A stretch of 64,000 nt of DNA from the NCBI GenBank assembly GCA_043228905.1, contig JBHGNT010000020.1, forward strand, positions 13,392,001 to 13,456,000, given 5' to 3'. The notes below the pieces were generated by a model. That model had not been told where the DNA came from and made no database searches. It was given only the letters and a program-made list of their open reading frames with translations. The stretch is from Azolla caroliniana. Its lineage: Eukaryota; Plantae; Polypodiophyta. The position numbers and the translations under genes are program-made. Shown piece by piece: positions 63,603 through 64,000 of the stretch (the stretch's first letter is position 1; each line of letters starts with the position of its first letter).

Positions 63603-64000
63603 TTTTTTTTCCAAAAAAAGTATTCATCATTAGTAGAAATTCTACATACATAACGAAATGATTAGTTTGCCAACATTATAAAGGCTGTGGCCATGAGAGG
63701 CCAATGACAGAACTCAAAGACTTAGAGTGGAAAACAAAAAAGAATGGCATGATTGGACTTCTATATGTACTGACCGTCTAGCGAAACCCCTTTGAGTATG
63801 ATTCATGGTAACCTTCTTCCATTGAACGATGAACACATATTAGCCTTCAACTTAGTTGAAAGTTTATGTGGATTACTTCAACACCTGCTTCAACTGTTGC
63901 ATTTTTCGACACCAAAATTCTCATGATGCTCAGGCAACTATTTTCTTCAACATGTGTCGACTTAGCCTTATGTAGGCTGACCAAAAGACTTTATATCCTC
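63603..64000 (-). mobile_element. Probable 3' end of another LINE, cut by the window edge
   Basis: The - strand ends CTACTAATGATGAATAC-T7-GG-A8, the same terminal signature as the other L1-type copies. No clear ORF. Confidence 0.5.

Overview
AT-rich, intron-containing land-plant nuclear DNA. A fern or other non-seed plant is plausible, but that is inference only. I assembled four multi-exon genes by hand, checking splice sites and reading phase: an MPS1/TTK-type kinase (-), an RCC1-repeat protein of the AT3G26100/AT3G15430 type with a GC-AG first intron (-), a 14-exon plastid BASS4-like bile acid:Na+ symporter (-) and a 10-exon UNC93-like MFS protein (+). There is also an intronless lachrymatory-factor-synthase-like SRPBCC/START gene (+) and a probable Asn/Ser-rich orphan gene running off the left edge. 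The rest is repeats: 5'-truncated zf-RVT (L1-type) LINEs, one with a perfect 14-bp TSD; RTE-like LINE fragments, mostly in introns; three copies of a tRNA-derived SINE; a Ds-like non-autonomous hAT with an 8-bp TSD; decayed LTR, hAT and PPR remnants; and many mini- and microsatellites. I see no complete novel system. The best leads are (i) a 7-unit intronic array of palindromic cores separated by variable spacers, (ii) a 3'-terminal ACTAATG-N-T6-9-GG-An motif shared by six LINE ends of different lineages, (iii) a 4 x 32-aa repeat and a telo-box-like intron array in MPS1, and (iv) the LFS-like gene, which keeps the onion LFS active-site residues and is bracketed by tandem arrays. Family assignments are from recalled motifs, not database searches.
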